DNA from: Squalus acanthias
Taxonomy: Eukaryota
Direction of reading: 5' to 3'
Assembly: GCA_030390025.1 (NCBI GenBank)
Contig: CM059432.1
Coordinates: 29,886,001-29,950,000, forward strand
Length of the DNA stretch: 64,000 nucleotides
In this document: positions 61,673-64,000 of the stretch, in pieces
Position numbering within the stretch: position 1 is the first letter of the stretch
How the letters are laid out: every line of letters starts with the position of its first letter
Position numbers and translations under genes: made by a program
Notes under the pieces: generated by a model
What the model saw: the letters and a program-made list of their open reading frames with translations, nothing else
Databases searched by the model: none
What the model was told of the DNA's origin: nothing

Positions 61673-63917
61673 AGGATATTAAGAATGGGATTGGTAGTCT
61701 AATACTATAACTATTATACTGCCATACTTATTACAATTACTGTTTGCGAGACCTTGCTCCATGACAACTGGCTTTCATGTTTGCCGACATAATACATGTG
61801 ACTACACTTCAAAAATAATTTGTCTGTGAAGCACTTTGGGACTGCCTGATGACATGAAATTTGCTATTCAAATGCAAGTTGTTTCTTTCAAAGGGTTTTT
61901 GAAGTAAAGAAGGATTTCTGAAGCTATGTTCAATAAAAAAAATGTTGACCTGGGTCGGGTAAAACCTTATTATTTGTGCCAAGAACCCAATTTTATTTTC
62001 AAAAGTGTTATTGGATCGGAGCTATTCAAAAGCCAAGCTCTGACTGATAATACTCTGGCAAAAATACCTGATAATATTTTCAATAAACAAGTGCAACTTT
62101 GTGATGGGGCAGGAATCATTCAACATCAACAGGATCAAGCAGTTCGTTCCAGAAAGAAGGACTTTGTAAATTAGTGACAATTCCTAGGGAGACTCTTAAC
62201 CTCTCCCACCTGTCAAACTGGTTAATTATACACACAGCAAGGTCTTCTAATCAAACAACATGCTGGGTCATAAAAAGAGGGACCCCTTCAGTATCCACCC
62301 CTTGCTATATTGGCACCGAGTCGTGTACTGCATTACTTGGAGAAGTTGCAGGGGAATCACCAGATTGAAGGCATGCCCCAAGACATAATTTAAAAATAAT
62401 TGTAAAAATTATAAAAACAAAAAGGTCAAAAACTCAGCTGGAGCTGAATCATAGGTTTTGATGGCGAGAGTGAATTAGGAACGGACACAGGCTATGTTGC
62501 AGAGGCAGAAGTAGCCGGTCTTGATGATAGATAGGATATGGGGTTTGAAGCTCAGCTCTGGGTCAAATAAGACAGAGGTTGCACACTGTCGGGTGCAATC
62601 TACCTACAACCCATCAGGTCTAGAGGAGGCGATAGGTATTTCAACACAATTTTATTGGCCAAATACAAACGAGAGGGGAGCCGAAATCAGGAAAGTCTGG
62701 TTTCTGATGCATCTACTGAATCTAATTAATTTCTGCAAATACGTGGATGCTCTGAGCCATGGATTCTTAGGGAAGAGTCAATATCAACATTACTCACATC
62801 AAACTGGTTCAAGGACACAGGAATGTTGCAGTATAATCTCCTGTGCCTGAAGGAGTCCCTGAAGAACTTACTTTCTCATCTAAGACTTTGAGATACTTTT
62901 CTTATACCTCAGGATCAATCCTAGCTAAAGAAATGTCCGTCAGTTCCACCACTGCAGCTATGTTGGACAACAAACACCACTGGCTTCCAGCACTGCCAAG
63001 ATTTGCCTTATGGGGGAGAGTTTGGGTCACAACTGGAAGAGGAGTTGAATCATCCACAGGGAGATGAGGAAAATCTAGGGGGTGGGAGCAACTAACCTTG
63101 GACCCAGTGTCACGCATCACCTCACAGTCAGCCAAAGACTGGAGTCAGTAGCAGCCACCAGATCATCTTGGGAATGTCAGTGGTGGATCAAAGAGGAAAA
63201 AAAAAATACAATAATTTATTATTTTTATTTTGTACGCTGCACCCTTGATGGGTGAGGGGGAGGGGGTAATTAAACAAAAATGGAATCACACAATTAGTAC
63301 TTTTCACTTGATTCAGAAAATTCCATTAATTCTCTGGGGCCTCTTGCAGGAGTTTAACACCATGTCAGTAACGACAGTCAGCACTTTTGGTGTTATTTAG
63401 AGAATATTATTTAACCTGTTGAATGCCCAAAGAGGCATTTAGGCTTCTTGGGAAAATATATACATGATCAGCGTTCCTGGATATATATTTATAGACTAGC
63501 TTCAATCCTCTGGGGGCCTATTTTTCAACTCCCTATTTTTACTGGGCAACTATAAAAATGACAGAGTCAGCATTTGTACTCCACAGTACATGACGGCAAT
63601 ACCTCAAGTACAGCGTCACAGATTCAGCTTTTTAAAAAAAAAACACAGGTTAAAAGTGAGCAATTTTGCCCCGCTTTCTCGGTGTAGAGGGATTCAAAGG
63701 AAAGAACTTTTCACGACCTCAGGACGTCCCAAAGCGCTTTACAGCCAATGAAGTACTTTTCCTTCTCCGTCATTCCTCTGTCGCTCTCTCACTCAATCCT
63801 TAAATCTCATTAGTTAAGGAGACAGAGTGTTGGTCCCGTCATTCACCAAGTTTCCAGATGCCCCGTTGCCCTTGCTGCACCGTTATCAGCTCACACATCA
63901 AGCAATTTACAGCGGAA

Positions 63918-64000
63918 ACATAGAATAGTACAGCACAGAAGGAGGCCATTCGGCCCATCGAGTCTGCACCGACTCTTTCGAAGAGCAATCCAGTTAGTCC
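63918..64000 (-). mobile_element. CR1 3' end running off the window
   Basis: catagaa...cacagaaggaggccattcggcccatcgag, as at 14650 and 53956. Confidence 0.7.

Noticed and set aside
62902..63135. 77-aa minus-strand ORF ending near a GT
   Set aside because: No similarity to the expected ZC3H3 zinc-finger exon or any family I recognise; weak splice signals.

Overview
Vertebrate nuclear DNA, almost certainly cartilaginous fish (shark-type repeats: CR1 LINEs with an SGNH-esterase ORF1, L2, DeuSINE, LF-SINE-like, Penelope). The only host coding sequence I can support is two consecutive minus-strand exons near the 3' end of ZC3H3 (28515-28708 and 24265-24458, matching splice phases). The upstream zinc-finger exons and the short terminal exon were not found. 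The rest is intronic/intergenic and dominated by often nested retroelements. Most notable is a Penelope-like element (PLE) system: a truncated PLE RT copy, four short non-coding PLE-terminus insertions with inverted arms and ~13-bp target duplications, and minimal hammerhead-ribozyme motifs, including an intact-core pair on opposite strands at 55.3/55.6 kb. Also present: a CR1 whose ORF2 has a single stop, a template-switch-like inverted duplication at 46 kb, and repeat-free motif-rich blocks that may be MAFA-type enhancers. Repeat names come from pattern recognition, not database searches, and most repeat boundaries are approximate.
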